64,000 nucleotides of DNA from assembly GCA_030390025.1 (NCBI GenBank), contig CM059431.1:107696001-107760000 (forward strand), given 5' to 3'. Source of the stretch: Squalus acanthias. Its lineage: Eukaryota. The stretch's first letter is position 1; every line of letters starts with the position of its first letter. Below the pieces are notes generated by a model. That model saw nothing but the letters and a program-made list of their open reading frames with translations, searched no databases and was not told the DNA's origin. Below, one piece after another: positions 61,166 through 64,000 of this stretch. The position numbers and the translations under genes were made by a program.

Positions 61166-62149
61166 TTATGGACCTTTGTAACCCTGTTTATTATCTGTGG
61201 AAATTGTTAATGACATCCTTACTGCTAGCAGTGTTACTGCGATTTAAAAGTATGAAATACACCTTTATTGCTTCATTAGTTTTACCTCCTAAAGCATCTC
61301 CAACATTGTTAACCAACCACCAAGATATCCAACCCCAAATCCTTCATGATACTAATAGGAACCCAGTGAGTATTTAACATTGACATTTATTTAATCCAGT
61401 CAGATATAATTGCACCACGCTTTACCTCTTTAAAGAGCTTTAATGTTCAAATTAAAATGTGATCTCAAAACCACCAGATGATACCATTGTTTATTAAAAT
61501 GCAAACATTGGGTTTATGGTATAAGAATGGAACATCATTCTGGAGACTCATGATGGACCAAATTGCATATTTTTTTCCAGGTAATTTCATTTTAATGCCC
61601 TTCCTTGTGCATTCAAATTCTTAGTTTTGTAGCTGTAATTTTATTGAATTTTGCTATTTCTTGTTCAATTTAGATGCTATCTATATATTTCTCTTTTACA
61701 CAAATTAAAGGGTCGCCTTTAATTTGATTTATTATCCTTCCTTTTTATTTATTCATATTATATCGTCTTTGTATTACTTTAATAACCTCCTTGCATTCGG
61801 CATCATAGCTTTTTAATTTAATTTGGATGAGGTTTCTTTTTCACAGTTTGGATAGAAAGACTTTAGCTTAATTTGATTTGATTCACTCCCTCTTATTATG
61901 TTCGTCTCTTTTTATTGATTGTGGTTATTTAATCTTCCACAAGCAAGAAGGGAAAAGAGTGACAGAAGAAGGAGGAGAGACTGGTAGCAGAATGGAGAGT
62001 TTGGACTGGCTCATGGTGGATGTAAAACGCATTGTGAAGAGTACAGAGATCTGATAGATGTGTCAAAAATTAAGTCTGGCAAACTCATTTGAATATCTGT
62101 GTTGCTTTGTATTTGACCGACTGTACTTGGTAAATCTTTTTATAAAGAT

Positions 62150-62581
62150 GTGTCAGGAGGTTGTGGGTTCAAGTCCCACACCAGAGACATGAGCATAAAA
62201 ATCTAGGCTGACACTCCAGGGGAGTGCAAAGGGAGAGCTGTACTGTTGGAGGTGCCGTCTTTTGGATGAGATTTTAAACCGAGGCCCGGTCTGCTCTCTC
62301 AGGTGGACGTAAAAGATGGCACTATTTCGAAGAAGAGCAGGGGAGTTATCCCCGGAGTTATTCCCAGTGTCCTGGCCAATATCGATCCCTCAATCAACAT
62401 AACAAAAACAGATTATCTGGTCATTATCACATTGCTGTTTGTGGGAGCTTGCTTTGTGCAATTGACTGCCACGTTTCCCACATTACAACAGTGACTACAC
62501 TTCAAAGTTACTTAATTGGTTGTAAAGAGCTTTGGGAATGTCCTGAGGTCATGAAAGGCGCTATAGAAATGCAAGTCTTTC
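62150..62581 (+). mobile_element. DeuSINE (SacSINE1-like), near full length
   Basis: B-box GGTTCAAGTCC; Deu core CACATTGCTGTTTGTGGGAGCTTGCT..CATTACAACAGTGACTACACTTCAAA; L2-like tail AAAGGCGCTATAGAAATGCAAGT. Confidence 0.85.
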
Positions 62582-64000
62582 TGGTGGTGCATATAGGTAC
62601 CAACGATATAGGTAAAAAACGGGATGAAGTCCTAAAAGCTGAATATAGGGAGTTCGGAGGTAAATTAAAAAATAGGACCTCAAAGGTAGTAATCTCAGGA
62701 TTGCTACCAGTGCCATGTACTAGTCAGAGTAGAAATAGAAGGATATTTCAGCTGAATACGCGGCTAGAAGAATGGTACAAGGGGGAGGGATTCAAATTCC
62801 TGGGACATTGGAACCGGTTCTGGGGGAGGTGGGACCAGTACAAACTGGACGGTTTGCACCTGGGCAGGACCGGGACAAATGTCCTAGGGGGAGTGTTTTC
62901 TAGTGCTGTTGGGGAGGGTTTAAACTAAAATGGCAGGGGGTTGGGAACCTGTGCAGGGAGACAGAGGAAAGGGAAGCAAGGATAGAAGCAAAAGACAGGA
63001 CGGAGAAAAGCAAAAGTGGAAGTCAGAGAAATCAAGGGTGTAAATCAAACATGGCCACAGTAAACAATAATTCTAAAAGGACTAAGAGTGTTAAAAAAAC
63101 AAGCCTGAAGGCTTTGTGTCTTTAATATGAGGAGCATTCGCAATAAGGTGGCTGAATTAGCTGCGCAAATAGATGTAAATGGATATGATATAATTGGGAT
63201 TACGGAGACATGGCTCCAGGGTGACCAAGGCTGGGAATTCAACATCCAGGGGTATTCAATATTCAGGAAGCACAGGCAAAAAGTAAAAGGAGGTGGGGTA
63301 GCATTGCTCGTCAAAGAGGAGATTAACACAATAGTAAGGAAGGATATTAGCTCTGATGATGTGGAATCTGTATGGGTAGAGCTGAGAAATACCAAGGGGC
63401 AGAAAACGTTAGTGGGAGTTGTATACAGAACCCCAAACAGTAATGCTGAGGTTGGGGATGGCATTAAATGGGACATTAGAGATGCGTGCAATAAGGGCAC
63501 AGCAGTTATCATGGGTGACTTTAATCTACATACAGATTGGACTAACCAAATTAGTAACAATACTGTGGAAGAGGAATTCCTAGAGTGTATACGGGATGGT
63601 TTCCTGGACCAATATGTCGAGGAACCAACTAGAGATCAGGCCATCTTAGACTGGGTATTATGTAATGAAAAAGGATTAATTAGCAATCTTGTTGTGCGAG
63701 GCCCCTTGGGTTGGAGCGATCATAATATGATAGAATTCTTCATTAAGATGGAGAGTGAAGTAGTTGACTCAGAGACTAGGGTCCTGAATTTAAATAAAGG
63801 AAACTGCGATGGTATGAGGCGCGAGTTGGCTAGGATGGATTGGGAAGCGTTACTTAAAGGGTTGACGGTGGATAGGCAATGGCAAACATTTAAAGATCGC
63901 ATGGATGAACTACAGAATTTGTTCATCCCTGTTTGGCATAAAAATAAAACAAAAAAGGTGACTCAACCGTGGCTAACAAGGGAAATTAGGGACAGCATAA
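62582..64000 (+). mobile_element. CR1 LINE: end of ORF1 (SGNH esterase) and ORF2 endonuclease, runs off the window
   Basis: VVHIGTND..DGLHL ends at 62928; from about 63100 NMRSIRNK..IIGITETW..GGGVA..GVVYR..MGDFN..ILD..SDH, apparently open to 64000 after one early frameshift. Confidence 0.92.

Noticed and set aside
62449..62928. 159-aa ORF as a novel SINE-esterase fusion gene
   Set aside because: Chance in-frame junction of the DeuSINE tail with a 5'-truncated CR1 ORF1; non-ATG start.

Overview
Repeat-dense eukaryotic DNA, most likely from a cartilaginous fish (shark). This is inferred from the mix of CR1/L2/RTE LINEs, SacSINE1-like DeuSINEs, Penelope elements and PIF/Harbinger elements. I found no intact host protein-coding gene. 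Main contents: (1) a frameshifted Atoh1 (Math1) pseudogene on the minus strand at about 25.3-25.8 kb, with promoter-like DNA upstream. (2) A 6.6-kb pol-deleted endogenous retrovirus (12687-19305) with 5-bp TSD, perfect tRNA-Ser PBS, an in-frame UGA-CUAG gag-pro junction and a gamma-type env; it holds a 1-kb solo LTR whose removal restores the gag frame. (3) A Harbinger set: one degenerate two-gene element (transposase plus Myb/SANT, 57257-60343), four deletion derivatives and more than ten MITEs, several carrying promoter motifs, consensus splice donors and TGACAG hairpins. (4) Many CR1 fragments, one with an open 734-codon ORF2, plus a solo LTR carrying a Penelope insertion. Boundaries with a stated TIR or TSD were counted by hand; the rest are approximate. 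Family names come from recognising motifs, not from database searches.
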